Positions 15,418 to 31,275 of a stretch of DNA of 64,000 nucleotides are shown in pieces; the first letter of the stretch is position 1, and each line of letters begins with the position of its first letter. The notes under the pieces were generated by a model that searched no databases, was not told the DNA's origin, and saw nothing but the letters and a program-made list of their open reading frames with translations. The position numbers were made by a program, and so were the translations under genes. Source of the DNA: Dictyostelium discoideum. Lineage: Eukaryota. The stretch is taken from contig CM000151.3 of the NCBI GenBank assembly GCA_000004695.1, positions 2,368,001 through 2,432,000 of the forward strand. The letters are read 5' to 3'.

Positions 15418-16220
15418 TCAATGAATACCTGGAATACCAGACCAAACTGATTTTTTATAATCTTTATAAGATTTTCCAAAAAATTGAATTAAATAATCTT
15501 CTTCATTTTCAATTCTTTGAGAAAAGAAACTCCAAGAAGCCCAACCAAAGCCAATAATACTAATTGGATTCATAAGGATGACTTGAGTTGATACTGACCA
15601 AACAAACCAACCAAAATAAGATGGATGTCTCATATATTGATAGATACCATTTGTAACTAAAACATGATCATCTCTCTTTTCTTCTTGAACCAAATGAGTG
15701 AAATTTGAACCTGCTGTATCCATTGCAACCGATCTAACAATTTGACCGAATACCATACAAATGGCACCTACCCACCATAATGAGAATGTTTTCAATGATG
15801 GGAAGAAATACCATTCAATCCAAAACTCAATAAAACTAATTAATAATGCCATATTAAACTGTGGACTATGATTTAATAAAAATGCTATTATAATTATTAT
15901 TAGTATGTTTTTTTATTTTTTTTTATTTTTTTTTATTTTTTTATTTTATTTTTTTATTTTATTTTTTGCATACATTTACTTGATAATTTATCAGGATGAT
16001 ACATTGTAACCCAAATATATTCCCACATATGGAAAGTACATAAACCTGCTAAATAAATACCAAAACCTCTTAAAGTTTGTGAGAAAATGAATAAAGCAAT
16101 ACCAAAACCAATACCTATACCAAGACCACATGAAATTGCACTACTTCTTGCTGCACCTTTTTTTAACCATGCACTCTTTGCTTTTATTTTATTTAATTTT
16201 ACAATTTCACTTTGATCCAT
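15418..16220 (-). CDS. Protein-S-isoprenylcysteine O-methyltransferase (ICMT/Ste14 family). Exons (minus strand): 16220..15980, 15884..15418.
   Basis: Multi-TM protein. The C-terminal catalytic motifs are present: VTNGIYQYMRHPSYFGWFVWSVSTQ and EEDYLIQFFGKSYKDYKKSVWSGIP. Intron 15885..15979 has a GTAAAT donor (rc ATTTAC at 15974-15979) and a TAATAG acceptor, phase 1. The anchors agree with ORFs 15954..16220 and 15418..15852. Confidence 0.75.
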
Positions 16221-16511
16221 TTTTTTTTTTTTTTTTTTTTTTTTATATCTTTATATCTATATATTTATTTATTTGATTTAATTTACTTTTTTTTTATTAA
16301 TGAAACAGATAAAAAAGAAAAAAAAAAAAAAAAAAAAAAAAAGAGTGTTTTTTTTTTTTAAAATTTTTTTTTTTTTTTAAAACTTTTTTTTTGAAACATT
16401 TTCTTAAAATTAAAAATTTCTTATTTTTTTACCTTTTCGATAATATAATAAAAAAAGCACAAAAGGGGAATAATAGTTGGTTTTACAATTTTGATTATTT
16501 TTATTCTCAAA

Positions 16512-16559
<48 letters not shown>

Positions 16560-17362
16560 AGGTGTAATGTTTATAAAAAATATTAGTAAAACTGAATTAA
16601 TTGAAAAAAAAATTAAAAAAAAAAATTAAACAATATTGACATAAAAATAAAATAGAAAATAATAAAAAAAATAAAAAAAATAATAATAGTTTGAATAATA
16701 AATTATTTATTTTAATTTTTTTTTTAATTTTTTTATTTTTTTTGTTTTTTTTTCTCAGAATAAGATATTATTTATTATTTCTTTTTTTTCTTTCCAAAAA
16801 TATCTAAAAAAAAAAAAAATAAATAAAAAAATTCTGTTTCTTAATTTTTTTTTTTTTGATAAACAATTTTTTTTTTTTTGGTTTTTTTTTTTAGACTGTT
16901 CCTCTGACCTAATTAAAAAATTTAAAATTTAATTTTTATTTTGTTCTCATTCGCTCATCGGAAATCAAAATAAAATTTATTTCCGGGTTTATTTTTTTTA
17001 TTTTTTTTTTTTTTTATTGGGTTAAAATTAATGAGTATTAATTCGGCTTCCAATTAAAAAGAATTTTTCTATTAAATATTTTCAAAAAAAATCAAATAAA
17101 ACATAAAAATGATATAATTTCCAAGTTCCTGTTCAATTTTAAAAACATCATCTTTACTTGTATAAAAAAAAAAAAAAAAAGTATATAAATTGGGTAGATT
17201 TAGGGGATATTTTTAAAAAAAATCTTCTCAGATTTCTTTTGTTTGTTTTTTTCTGTTTTTTTTTTGAACTAAAAAATTTAAAAAAAATAAAAAGAGTATA
17301 AATAAAAAAAAAAAAGAATCGAATATTTTTTTTAAGTTAAAAAATAACAAAAAAAAAAAAAA

Positions 17363-18907
<1,545 letters not shown>

Positions 18908-20388
18908 AAAAAAAAAAAAAATAATTGATTAATAATTATTTTTTTTATTTTTTCAATAAACCAAACTTCTGTTTGTCTTTTCTATTTTTAATTTTCATTT
19001 TTATTTTTTAAATTTTGTTAGGTGTTTTTGAATCTTTTGAGAGTGTGGTGTGCATGAAAGTCAATTTTTAAAATATGTCAATATAAAGTTAAAATCTAAA
19101 TTACAATAATTTTGTTTTTTTTTATTATTGTTTATTCTTAAAAATAATTAAACAAAAAAAAAAAATTAAAAATAAAAAAAAAAAATAAAAAATAAAAAAT
19201 AGTTAAGACATCTTTGATAGAAAGTACCCTATATCTAATGTTCAAAAAAAAAATCCAAGTGGTAATATTTGTAAAAATTATTAACAAACTTTCCCTTTTC
19301 CTATTCTTTTTCTTCTTCTTTCTAATTTACAGTTTTTGATGTTTAAATTAATTAATTACTCTTTTTAATTAATATATGGGCCTATTTTTTACTTTTCGTT
19401 AAATAGGAAGAAAAAATATTATTTTTCACACAATAACCTCAATTCAGTTGGTTCTATTTACTATTTTATTAAAAAAACAATATATCATTAAAAAATTATT
19501 TAAAAAATTTCACCAGAACAATAAACGACCTTTTTTTTTTAAATACTCTTTTATATTACTTTAATTAAAAAACAAAGTTAATATATTAATTGGTTTAAAA
19601 TGACCAAAAAAAAAAATGGTAAATACTCTTAAAAGTTTATTTAAAAGATAAAAGATTAAAGACCATCTCAATATTAATTCTAAGCCTTTTTTACCAACAC
19701 AATTATTAAAATAAAAACAAAATTAAAAAAAACTAATAATAATAACAATAAAAATAATTAAAAATAACAAAAATATTACATGTTGAATCTTAGATTTTTT
19801 TTGTTTTTTAGTGTTTTTATTTTTTGTGGGGTTAATTTCATTTTTTTTTTTTTTTTTCGTTTTTCGCCACCCAAAATAGTAAAATTTAAAATAGTGTAAT
19901 TTAAAATTAAAAAAAAATAAAAAAATGTTAATAAAAATTAAAATTTCTTTATTTAAATTTTCTGTTTTAGTGTTGACCTTTTCCCCATTTGGAAAAAGGG
20001 GGTATTTTTTTAATTTCCTTTCCGTTCCTTGTTTTTTTTTAATAACTTGCATATTTTTTCCATTTTTTTTATTTTATTTATCATTGAATTTAATTTTATA
20101 GTATTTGTTAAAACACCACAAAACACCCTCAGAGAATATGTTTTAAATTTTTTTTTCCATAATACAAACATGAAACAGATTTTATTTTCAAGTATCATAG
20201 ATTTTTTAATTTTTATTATGCTCATTGGGAGATCAAAATTATTATTAGAGTTTAATTTGGATCTATTCTTTCTTTGTTGTGGTGGGTCATTATTTTTATA
20301 GGTGTAAATATGTGGGAGATATAAATATTTTTAAAAAAATGATCTCCGAACCTTTTTTTTTATTTTTTTTATTTTTTTTTTTAAAAGA

Positions 20389-20422
<34 letters not shown>

Positions 20423-20468
20423 AACCTTAATTAAATATTCTTTTCAGTTAAAACAAAAAAAAATATAA

Positions 20469-21978
<1,510 letters not shown>

Positions 21979-22434
21979 TAAAAAAAATAAAAAAAAATAA
22001 AAATAAATCAAATCAATATAAAAAATAAATATAAAATAATTTATTAAATAATTATTTTCTTATTTTTTCAATAAATTATACTACCCTTTGTCTTTTTCTA
22101 TTTTTAATTTTAATTTTTTTTATATTATTTTTTTTTTTTTTTTTTTTTGTGGTTAGGTGTTTTTGAATCTATTGAGAATGTGGGTGTGTGGGTGGAAGTT
22201 AATTTTTTATATGTAAAAATATATCTATGTAAAGTTAAAACCCAAATTATAATAATTTTTTTTTTTTTTTTTTTTTTGTTTAATTATTTTTTTTATTATT
22301 TTTTTTTTTTTTCTATCTTTTTTTTGTTTTTTTTTTTTTTTTTTTTTTTTTTCTATTAACTTTTATTTTTTTTTTTTTTTTTTTTTATTTTATATTATTT
22401 TTTTTTATATTATAAAATAGAACCCCATATTAAA

Positions 22435-23289
22435 ATGAAAATTTTAAAAATTATATTATTATTTACAGTAATAAATTATTGTATTTTTAAAAATGTTGTA
22501 AATGGATTAGAATATATTCAAGCAATGTATGATAATAAAGATTGTAAAAATACACCAATTTCAATTCAATCATCATCACAATGTGCAAAAGGAATTTATG
22601 TTGTACCACAATCAAGTAAAAGAGTAACAATTTCATATGGTATTAAATCACCAAGTGATTGTAGTTCAAAAACTCCATCAGCATATGATCAAGATGTAAA
22701 TTATTGTTTAACAGGTTCATTGGCTCAAATGTTTTTAAATGAAAATGCAAATGTTTCAGGAATTAATGGATACTGTTCAGAATTGGTTCAATTTGCCGAT
22801 GATGATTGTGAAAACATTTTATTAAATTCTTATTTAAATGGTGCATGTGTTGGTCCACAATCAAACGGTTATTTCAATCGTTATCTTTGTAATGGAAATG
22901 TTGTAAAACGTTATAATTGCCCATCTGATTGCCGTAAAGCTTCTGGGGTCAGTGGTTGTGTATTTGATAAAGAATTAAAAAGTATTTCATCCTGTCCAAA
23001 TATTAAATCAAAAAATATTCAAGATTTAATTAAAATTGATGGTAAAGTTGATACTTCAAGTACATCTTCTTCTTCTGGTGCTACTGGTGGTGGTGGTACT
23101 GGAAATAATGGTACCTCAGCAACTGGTGGTAGTGGAGCAACTGGAGCCGCTTCTGGAAATGGTGGAGCTACATCAAATGCAGGAAATAGTGGAGGTGCCT
23201 CAACTACTGGCAAAAGCAATGCCCAAAAAATATACGTATCTTTCTTCCTTTTAATTAGTTTATCATTATTAATTTTAATATTATTTTAA
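22435..23289 (+). CDS. Secreted or GPI-anchored Cys-rich protein with a Ser/Gly/Thr-rich stalk; 284 aa, single exon.
   Basis: N-terminal signal peptide (MKILKIILLFTVINYCIFKNVVNG); about 16 Cys in the domain YDNKDCKNTP...CPSDCRKASGVSGC...; then a Ser/Gly/Thr-rich stalk (SSTSSSSGATGGGGTGNNGTSATGGSGATGAASGNGG...) and a C-terminal hydrophobic tail (VSFFLLISLSLLILILF) typical of a GPI-anchor signal. Confidence 0.6.
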   Translation: MKILKIILLFTVINYCIFKNVVNGLEYIQAMYDNKDCKNTPISIQSSSQCAKGIYVVPQSSKRVTISYGIKSPSDCSSKTPSAYDQDVNYCLTGSLAQMFLNENANVSGINGYCSELVQFADDDCENILLNSYLNGACVGPQSNGYFNRYLCNGNVVKRYNCPSDCRKASGVSGCVFDKELKSISSCPNIKSKNIQDLIKIDGKVDTSSTSSSSGATGGGGTGNNGTSATGGSGATGAASGNGGATSNAGNSGGASTTGKSNAQKIYVSFFLLISLSLLILILF

Positions 23290-23382
23290 ATAAAATAAAA
23301 AATAAAAAACTAGTAATATTAAAATTTTAATACTTTTAATTTAAACCTTGAATTATTTATTTTTTTTTTTTTTTATTTATTA

Positions 23383-23627
23383 CACCCGTCCAACAGTCTA
23401 AAAAAACTGTCGAACTTTTGCATACATTTTTTTAATATGGTGTTTGTGGACTATATTTTTTTTGAAAAATAAAATCTTGAAGAGAAGAGGATTTCATTGG
23501 TATTTTCCAAAATAAAAATGGATTAGAAATAAGCTTTCTTTACCTAAATTTATAATTACCAAAAAAATTAAAAAAGTGTCTGAATTCTTTTTGAAATTAA
23601 TTCATTTTTTTTTTTGTTGGACGGGTG
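23383..23627. mobile_element. MITE-like element, 245 bp: a non-coding AT-rich core bounded by a perfect 13-bp GC-rich terminal inverted repeat (CACCCGTCCAACA ... TGTTGGACGGGTG).
   Basis: TIR at 23383-23395 and 23615-23627, read directly. The GC-rich termini stand out against the roughly 85% A+T surroundings. There is no ORF inside, and it lies in the spacer between two paralogous secreted-protein genes. Confidence 0.3.
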
Positions 23628-23828
23628 ATATGTATAATTTTTTATTTTTTTAATAAAAATTATTTATTGGTGTGGTTATTTATAATTAGTTTTTTGATTA
23701 TACCCCCTCTCCCCCTAACTATATTATTATTATTTTTTTTTTTTTTTTTTTTATTCTATCAATAGAATAATAATTTTTTTTTTTTTTTGTTAATTTTTTA
23801 TATTAAAAATAGAAATATTAATAATAAA

Positions 23829-24464
23829 ATGAAATTAATAATTTTATTTTTATTATTTATATTATTTAATAATATCAATTGTCTTGAATTGGTAGAAATT
23901 ATATATGATAATAAAAACTGTGAAGGAAAACCAGAAGCAATTAAATTTTATAATAAAGATTTAAGAAATGGAAAAGTTGAAATAATTGGATGTAATAATA
24001 AAACTGGAAATAAAATAATTACTCAAACATTTGATGAAAATTTAGTTTATACTAATGAATTAAATGTTTGTATTCCAGAAGGTGAAATTTCATTTTACTT
24101 TATTTTACATGAAAATAAACATCAATTATCAATACCAAAAAGTAATAACCATGAATATTGTAATGAAATTCAATTATTAGATAATGAAATTATTAATAGA
24201 GAAAAACAATGTAAAGATCATGCTTTAATTATCACTTATAAAAATGAAACATGTTCAATAAACAATGATAAAAGTGGAAATCCTTTCCAAAAAATTCTAT
24301 GTGATCCAAATAATGGTGATGTTAAACTTTTTCTATGTAAAGAAAACTGTCAATCAGATTGGTCCTCCTGTCAATTTGACAAGATTTTACAAACTCCGAA
24401 ATCAATGTGCCCACATTTTGAAGAAAAATCAATAATAGAATTAATAAAAAAAAAAAAAAACTAG
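23829..24464 (+). CDS. Small secreted Cys-rich protein, a paralogue of the 22435 gene's N-terminal domain; about 211 aa from the ATG at 23829. The track ORF at 23787 uses a TTG start.
   Basis: Signal peptide MKLIILFLLFILFNNINC; then YDNKNCEGKPEAIKF... shares the opening motif (YDNK[DN]C..[TK]P) with the 22435 protein; about 14 Cys; it ends KKKKN*. Confidence 0.5.
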   Translation: MKLIILFLLFILFNNINCLELVEIIYDNKNCEGKPEAIKFYNKDLRNGKVEIIGCNNKTGNKIITQTFDENLVYTNELNVCIPEGEISFYFILHENKHQLSIPKSNNHEYCNEIQLLDNEIINREKQCKDHALIITYKNETCSINNDKSGNPFQKILCDPNNGDVKLFLCKENCQSDWSSCQFDKILQTPKSMCPHFEEKSIIELIKKKKN

Positions 24465-24533
24465 TTCAAAACCCCTCTACCTCCCCAAAAAAAAAATAAA
24501 AAAAGAATCAGTAAATTATATTATTTTTAAAAC

Positions 24534-24566
<33 letters not shown>

Positions 24567-24580
24567 GTTTTGATTTTCAT

Positions 24581-26232
24581 TTAAGATATGATGCGTGAAG
24601 ACTTTTTTGAATGATTGTCTTCTCTTGAACTAAAAGTGCCCTCAATAAAACTGCTACTATATTTTGAACTACTTGGAATGTTGGTGTTGTTATGTTTATC
24701 ATTTTGTTGTGATTGTGGATTTTCACTATCAAATAAACCTAATTTTAAAGCACGAGGATTACAACTAACCATATTTGAGAGTACACTAGTACCAGAGGAT
24801 TTTGATGAAATTGTTTGATCAAATAAATAATTTGTAAGTGGAGCTGGTAAATATGGTTTATTAAAGTATGATGATGTTTTATCTTCCAATGTTATTGAAC
24901 CTAAAAATTTGAATAATGAATCTTGTGCACTTCTACCCAAATGTGTTAAATCATGACATTTAAATAAATTTGGAGAATATGTAATTGAAATACCATTATT
25001 ATTTAAAAGATTCAATGCATCTTGTGGTAATCTTGAATTTGTCATTAATTGTTTACATTTTGAATTGTATAATTCAAAGTTTACAATTGAAAAACCAACA
25101 CAATTTTGAATTAAATATAAAGTTTCATCAATCTTTTCAATGACTCTATTGCTATTGTTGTTGTTGTTATTATTTTCATTGATAGTTGGTGTTATTAATA
25201 CTTTGGTGTACTCATTCAATGGTGTTTCAGTACCAATAATACCATAACCAGTGTAAATAATGAGTTTAATTGAATGTTGACTAATATTTGCAACTTGATA
25301 AGTAATTTTATTTAATGTTTCAGTCTCTAATATTGTGAAAACACTTGATACTTTAATTTGATTAATATTTGATTCTTTTCCTCTTGTTTCAAATAATGCT
25401 TGATGACCAATATCTTTAAAAAGTTTTAATTTTTCAGTTGGAATAAGAAATGAAATAATACCAATTGAATTTGGTTTAACAATACCTAATAATTGGCAAG
25501 CGAATAAACCCGAATTAACATTTCTTCTTATTGGATTTGCACTAGTTTTAATGTTAATATTATTATTATTTCTATTACTACTGACACTGCTGATACTAGG
25601 TGGTATTTCAGATGGTGGAGAATTAAAAGCAATATCGTCACCCTCATCACTATCCTCATCTTCATCTTCGTCATCATCTTCATCGTCATCATCAGTTTGT
25701 TCTTTATTTTCATTTTCATTTTCAATTAAATCATTTTGAATTAATTTACATCTAGTTTTAGTTAAAAATAATTTTGAATTATTTTTAAAGTAAATTGATA
25801 CTTGGAGTGGACCACCTGGATAAACCAATATTGCACGATTTGCAGTTGTTTGAAATTTATTAATTTGAATATTAGTTGTGATATTATTATAACATTTCAA
25901 ATTATCAATTTTATAAATCACTTTTTTCTTTTCAGCCAATGTTTTAATTCTAAGTTGTACATTATCACTTGAACCAATATCTATAAATGGTTTCCATTTA
26001 TATTCTGTTACAATTGTAATTGGTAAATCATCTTTTAAATTTGCTTTACAATATAATTGTTTACCACATTTTAAACCTTTAACCAAGTGAATAAAATGAC
26101 CAAATTCTGCACCATGTTTTTGAATATGAATATTATAATTTACAATTATATCTCTTTTAACCTTATTATTATTAATTTCAATTTTTGTAATTCTTTCACA
26201 ATTATTTTTAATATAGAAATCATCATTGTTAA

Positions 26233-26331
<99 letters not shown>

Positions 26332-26869
26332 CATTATCAGATGATAATAAAAAGTATGATAAAATTTTTGAATGTTCTAATTTAATCATACCATTTGGTA
26401 ATGAATTATCACTTTTAAAAGAATGATAAGATTCAACATTTAAAGTAATTGATTTAGTTTCATTACTTGATTCAATTAATTTACCAACAATATGATTACC
26501 TTCAACCATTTGAATTTTAAATTTTTTATTTTTAAAATATTTTAAATCTTCTGGAAATGATGGTTTCTCAGAGTGTAATAATGTTGAACCATTCTCAACA
26601 CTATCTAAAATTTCAACACTTTCTTCATTACTAATTTCATCTGGTATACAAATATATCTATCACTATTTTCATTAATAGTAACTGATCTGTAATAAAAAA
26701 ATAAAAATAAACAAATAAATAAATAAAAAGTAAAAATAAAAAAAAAATAAAAAAATTAATATTTAAATAAATAAAAACTATAACCATTAAATTAAATATA
26801 TTACCTTGAAATTCTGATGTTTTTTTCAGTATGATCAATAGTGATAGTTTTAATTTTAAATAATGACAT
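24581..26869 (-). CDS. Large hypothetical protein of about 720 aa with poly-N and acidic (D/E) tracts. Exons (minus strand): 26869..26805, 26687..24581.
   Basis: Exon 1: MSLFKIKTITIDHTEKNIRIS + AG, then GTAATA. Exon 2 after the TTATTACAG acceptor, phase 2: R SVTINENSDRYICIPDEISNEESVEILDSVENGSTLLHSEKPSFPEDLKYFKNKKFKIQMVEGNHIVGKLIE..., continuing with no stop to 24581. It contains (N)38 and DDDDEDDDEDEDEDSDEGDD. I recognise no domain by eye. Confidence 0.5.
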
Positions 26870-27261
26870 TATGTGATTTAATTAATAAAAAAAAAATAAT
26901 AATAGTGAAACTGAAATTATAAAAACAAAAAAAAATAAGAAAAACAATCAATTGGATATTAAAAAAAAAAAATAAAAAAAAATAAAAAATAAAAAAAAAT
27001 AAAAAATTTAAATTAAAGTAAGGGGTTTTATTTTTGGTTCTTTGAAGGTGAACACCTTTTCCATGAATTAATTTCAAATTAAAAAAAAAAATATCTTTGA
27101 TTATGTGTTAAAGTTAAAAAATATCTATTGTTATGTGTTTTTTGGAAAATTACAATTATAATTATTAAATAATAAAACTTTTTTTTGTTTAGGGTGGGGA
27201 AAATATAACATTTTATTAGAATACTTGGACACAAACAAAATGAATATTAATGTTTGTTTGT

Positions 27262-28133
27262 TTATCTGTATCTGTGGAAAACGACGGTGTTTCTACGTTT
27301 GTAGTTGGCTTGTCTTGATGGTCTAGTTTTGCTGGCTCTGTGGGTACCTTTTCTACGGAGACCACGGGCTTTGATACCAGCGGAGGTTAAACCTCTTAAT
27401 TCTCTATGTTTGTGGACTGGTTTACAGATCCAGTTGTAACGTGGGTCGTTACGGATGGCATTGTGAGAGTTATCAACTAAGATGACTTCATAATATTTGT
27501 AGGTTGAATCTTGGTTAACCCAGTATGAGTTGAGAACACGGAGATTTGGACAACGACGACCAACACGTTCTTCAGCAACGGATCTTAAGTTTCTGCTTGG
27601 TTTTAATTCGTTAACACCATGAGTCTTTGGTTTACCACCAGTACGACCACCTGGAACTTGTCTCTTACGACCACCACGTCTGACACGGATTCTGTATACA
27701 ACAAAACCTTGAGTAGCTTTGTAACCTAAACGTCTGGCTTTGTCAACACGAGTTGGGTGTGAAGCACGATGACAGACTGGGAGATTTCTAATATTTTAAA
27801 AATAATTAAATCCAATTAATATCATTATTATTATTTATTCTTTTGCTACTTTATCATTAAATAACCTACCTGTATTCCCAACATCTGACTCTGAGGAGGA
27901 AACGGACAGCATCAGATTGCTTCTTTTTGTAGAGTTCTTGTAAGTATTTGTAGGCACCTATTCATTATTGATTGTGATTATTTTAAAAATAATGATTTAT
28001 TATATTAGTTTCATGAAGATTATAACTAATTATTGATGATTATTGAAAGATTGATAAAGATCATTGAAAAAGTGACATAGTGGTGATATCCACTATCATT
28101 ATCTCTATCTTTATATAAAGGGAACATACCCAT
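27262..28133 (-). CDS. rpl15: 60S ribosomal protein L15 (eL15). Exons (minus strand): 28133..28130 (ATGG), 27957..27870, 27787..27262.
   Basis: ATGG|GTATGT (start codon plus 1 nt, then an intron, typical for ribosomal protein genes). Exon 2 after GAATAG: [30 protein letters not shown], then a GTAGGT donor. Exon 3 after ATATTAG: [105 protein letters not shown]...VFHRYR*. High-GC codon usage marks a highly expressed gene. The track ORF 28026..28439 is intron 1 plus upstream DNA. Confidence 0.85.
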
Positions 28134-28605
28134 TTTGTAATACGAAAATTTCAACTGAAAAAAAAAAAAAAAATTAAAAATCTTTTTAAAAAAAATTTTT
28201 ATGATAAAAAACGAAAAAATATGCGTTTTTTCATGATTTTTTTTTTTTATGCCTATAACGTTTAGTTTTTTTTTTTTTTTTTTCCCCGCCATAATTTTTA
28301 ATTTATTTTTAGAATTAAAGATATATTTTATTAAAAAAATGTTAAAAAAAATTTTATATTTATTATTATTAATTAATTTTATCACTTTTAGTAAAAAAAG
28401 AATAATAAACTTTAATTTTATCCCCCAAATTTCCCTCAATATCCCATTTCAAAAAAAAAAAAAAAAAAAAATTTTTTGTTTAACAAAAATAACCCACCCA
28501 ATTATTTTAATTTTTAGAAAAAATTAAACCCTTTTTTCTGTGCATCTGTAATATTTTTTTTAAATTTTTATTTTATTTTTTTTTTTTTTTTTTTTTTTTA
28601 ATTTT

Positions 28606-28638
<33 letters not shown>

Positions 28639-28787
28639 GCATTTCAAATTTTTTTAATTTTGCGAATTTGTCTTCATTCACATATACATTTTCCCTGTTG
28701 ATTTTAAGACTAAATAATCTTATTTGTACATTTAATAAAATAAAAACAAAATATAGCTTAGCACATAGAATATAAAATATAGATAAA

Positions 28788-28821
28788 ATGGTAAATTTTT
28801 TAGTTTTAGATTTTGGAAAAG

Positions 28822-28861
<40 letters not shown>

Positions 28862-29192
28862 TTAATAATAATATCAATTTTAGGGTGCTTCAGATAAATT
28901 TATAGGTTTTGTTATGGTTTTATTTAGGATTTTTGTATTTGGATATTATACAACATGGGTTATTATTACTGTAAGTTATATAAATTTAGGAAAAAAAAAA
29001 AAAAAAAAAAAAAAAGCTAATTTCCCATTATTTAATTTATAGCCATTTATTGTTTCAGATCATTGGATTCAACAATACTTTTTACCAAGAGAATATGGTA
29101 TTATTATTCCTTTAGTTTTATTAGTAGTCGGTATTACCGCAATTGGTACATTTTTGGGACTTGTAATGATTAAATCAAAAAAGAATAAATAA
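28788..29192 (+). CDS. dpm2: Dolichol-phosphate mannosyltransferase subunit 2 (DPM2), 79 aa. Exons: 28788..28790 (ATG), 28884..28970, 29043..29192.
   Basis: ATG|GTAAAT, then TTTTAG|GASDKFIGFVMVLFRIFVFGYYTTWVIIT|GTAAGT, then TTTATAG|PFIVSDHWIQQYFLPREYGIIIPLVLLVVGITAIGTFLGLVMIKSKKNK*. This matches human DPM2 ([58 protein letters not shown]). It is missed by the ORF track because of the 1-codon first exon. Confidence 0.7.
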
Positions 29193-29305
29193 ATTAAAAT
29201 AAAATTATAATATATATATAAAACAATAAATCTCTCTTTTTTTTTTTTAATTATTTATATTTATTTTTATTTTTTATTCAATCGCGATGTTCATTATTAT
29301 TTTCA

Positions 29306-29340
<35 letters not shown>

Positions 29341-29563
29341 AATATTATATTTTTTTATTTTTTATTTTTTTTATTTTTATTTTTTTTATTTTTTTTTTTT
29401 TTTAATTTACAAGGTGATCATCAACAATTAATTTCAATTTTTTTTTTTTTTTTAATTTTTTAATTTTTTTTTTTTTTTTTAATTTTTTTTTTTTTTTTTT
29501 ATCATCTTCACACTTTTTTTTATCTCACTCTGTTCACATATAATTTTATATATATAATTAATA

Positions 29564-30683
29564 ATGGATTTTAGTTCAATTGAACAAAATTTAAATAACT
29601 TTAAAAAGCTTGTTGCTGGTAATTCAGATAAAGCACAAATTACACCAGTTTTAGTTCAATTAAAATTAGCAGCAACAATTCATTTAGAAAAACCAACTTC
29701 TCTTTCAAATGTTTCTGATAAAGTTAAAAAAGATTTAGTTTTAGCAAGTATGTTAACAACAACACAACAACAACAACAACAACAACAACGACAAAAATAT
29801 ATAAAAAAAAAATACATTTATTAATATTTTTATCTTTTTTTTTTTTTTTTAAAAAACTATTTTAGGAGAGATTTTAGAATTAATTTCATTATATTCAATT
29901 AAAATTAAAGATATTGATTCATTTGAAAGAACATTTAATCAATTAAAGACATACTATTATGATTATAAATCAATTATTGCACCATCAACATTAGAATATC
30001 AAATTATTGGTTTGAATTTAATGAGATTATTAGCAAAACATAAAACATCAGAATTCCATAGCGAAATTGAATTAATCGAATTTAATAATTTAGATAACTC
30101 ATTCATTAAGTTTGTATTTTTTTTTTATTTTATATATATTATCAAAAAATTTTATTATTATTATTTTCATTATATTAATTTTATTTATTTATTTTCTATT
30201 TATTTATTTATTTATTTATTTCAAGATTCCCATTATTGGTTGAAAAATCAATTACAGAGGGTAGTTATAATAAAATTATTCAATCAAGATCTGGTGTACC
30301 ATCAGAATATTATCAAGTTTTCCTTGATATTTTAGCAGATTCAATAAAGTATGTTTATTTTATTTTTATTATTATTATATCCATTATTTATTTTTAATTT
30401 ATTAATATATTTTAATATTTATTATATTAAATGATATATCAGGGAGGATATTGCAAATTGTAGTGAAAAATCATTTAAAACATTATCATTAAAAGATGCA
30501 GAAAAAGTATTATTATTCAATGATAACAATCAATTCCAACAATACATTAAGGAAAGAAATTGGAAAGTTCAAGGTGATGTAATTCAATTTGGAAATAATG
30601 ATAATCAAACCGTTGAAATTCCATCTTTACAATTGATTCACCAAACTCTTCACTATGCCAAAGAACTTGAAAGAATTGTATAA
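29564..30683 (+). CDS. psmD8: 26S proteasome regulatory subunit Rpn12 / PSMD8 (PCI domain). Exons: 29564..29747, 29866..30109, 30226..30348, 30443..30683.
   Basis: Blocks colinear with human PSMD8: [36 protein letters not shown] (compare [35 protein letters not shown]); [17 protein letters not shown]; FIK|[41 protein letters not shown]|[12 protein letters not shown]; and the C-terminus [18 protein letters not shown] (compare LAKQVIEYARQLEMIV). Donors: GTATGT, GTTTGT (non-canonical), GTATGT. Confidence 0.8.
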
Positions 30684-30707
30684 ATTAAATTAAATAAAAA
30701 TAACAAT

Positions 30708-30738
<31 letters not shown>

Positions 30739-30893
30739 AATAATATTATTTTAAAAAGGTAAAAAAAAAGTTTTCCACAATCCTTTTTTTTTTTTTTTTT
30801 TTTTATTTATTTATTTTATGTGCATATATATTTTGTTTTATTATTTTCCTTTTTTTTTTTTTTGCTTTTTTTATTTTTATTTTTTTTTTTTGT

Positions 30894-31220
30894 TTAGACT
30901 TTAGTTTTCTTTGCAGCAGTTTTTGCAGTAGTTGAAGAACTAGGAGTTGTGGTGGGAGTAGGTTTCTTTTTCTCAACTTTAAGATTATCTAAATTAATAA
31001 GTAAAACATTTTTATAATTCTTTTCAAACATTGATTTATCTTTAGCGAGAACAATTGTTGATATCTTTTTTTTACCATTTGTTGCTCTAACTAAACATTT
31101 ATTTTCTTCCTCTTCTGATTCTTTAATTCTTTCTGCTTTTTTACGTGAAAAGTTTGAATCTGAATCTACATCTATAATAATGAATAATTCATATATATGT
31201 ATGTGTGTGTGTGTGTGTGT

Positions 31221-31275
<55 letters not shown>

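Noticed and set aside
19723-20301. ORFs 19723..20052(-), 20010..20225(-) and 20029..20301(+) between the MAO copies.
   Set aside because: They are K-rich or F-rich translations of poly-A/T promoter-region DNA.
23019-23254. ORFs 23019..23219(-) and 23036..23254(+).
   Set aside because: They are alternative-frame or antisense readings of the GGT/GCT-rich Ser/Gly stalk of the 22435 gene.
24615-26426. ORFs 24615..24818(+), 25528..25725(-), 25551..25739(+), 26087..26344(+), 26146..26334(-) and 26226..26426(+).
   Set aside because: They are antisense or off-frame readings of the acidic (GAT/GAA) and poly-N (AAT) tracts of the large hypothetical gene.
28026-28527. 137-aa minus ORF containing MGMFPLY and 92-aa plus ORF 28249..28527.
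   Set aside because: The minus ORF is rpl15 exon 1 (ATGG) read through intron 1 into the upstream region. The plus ORF is poly-T/A promoter DNA.
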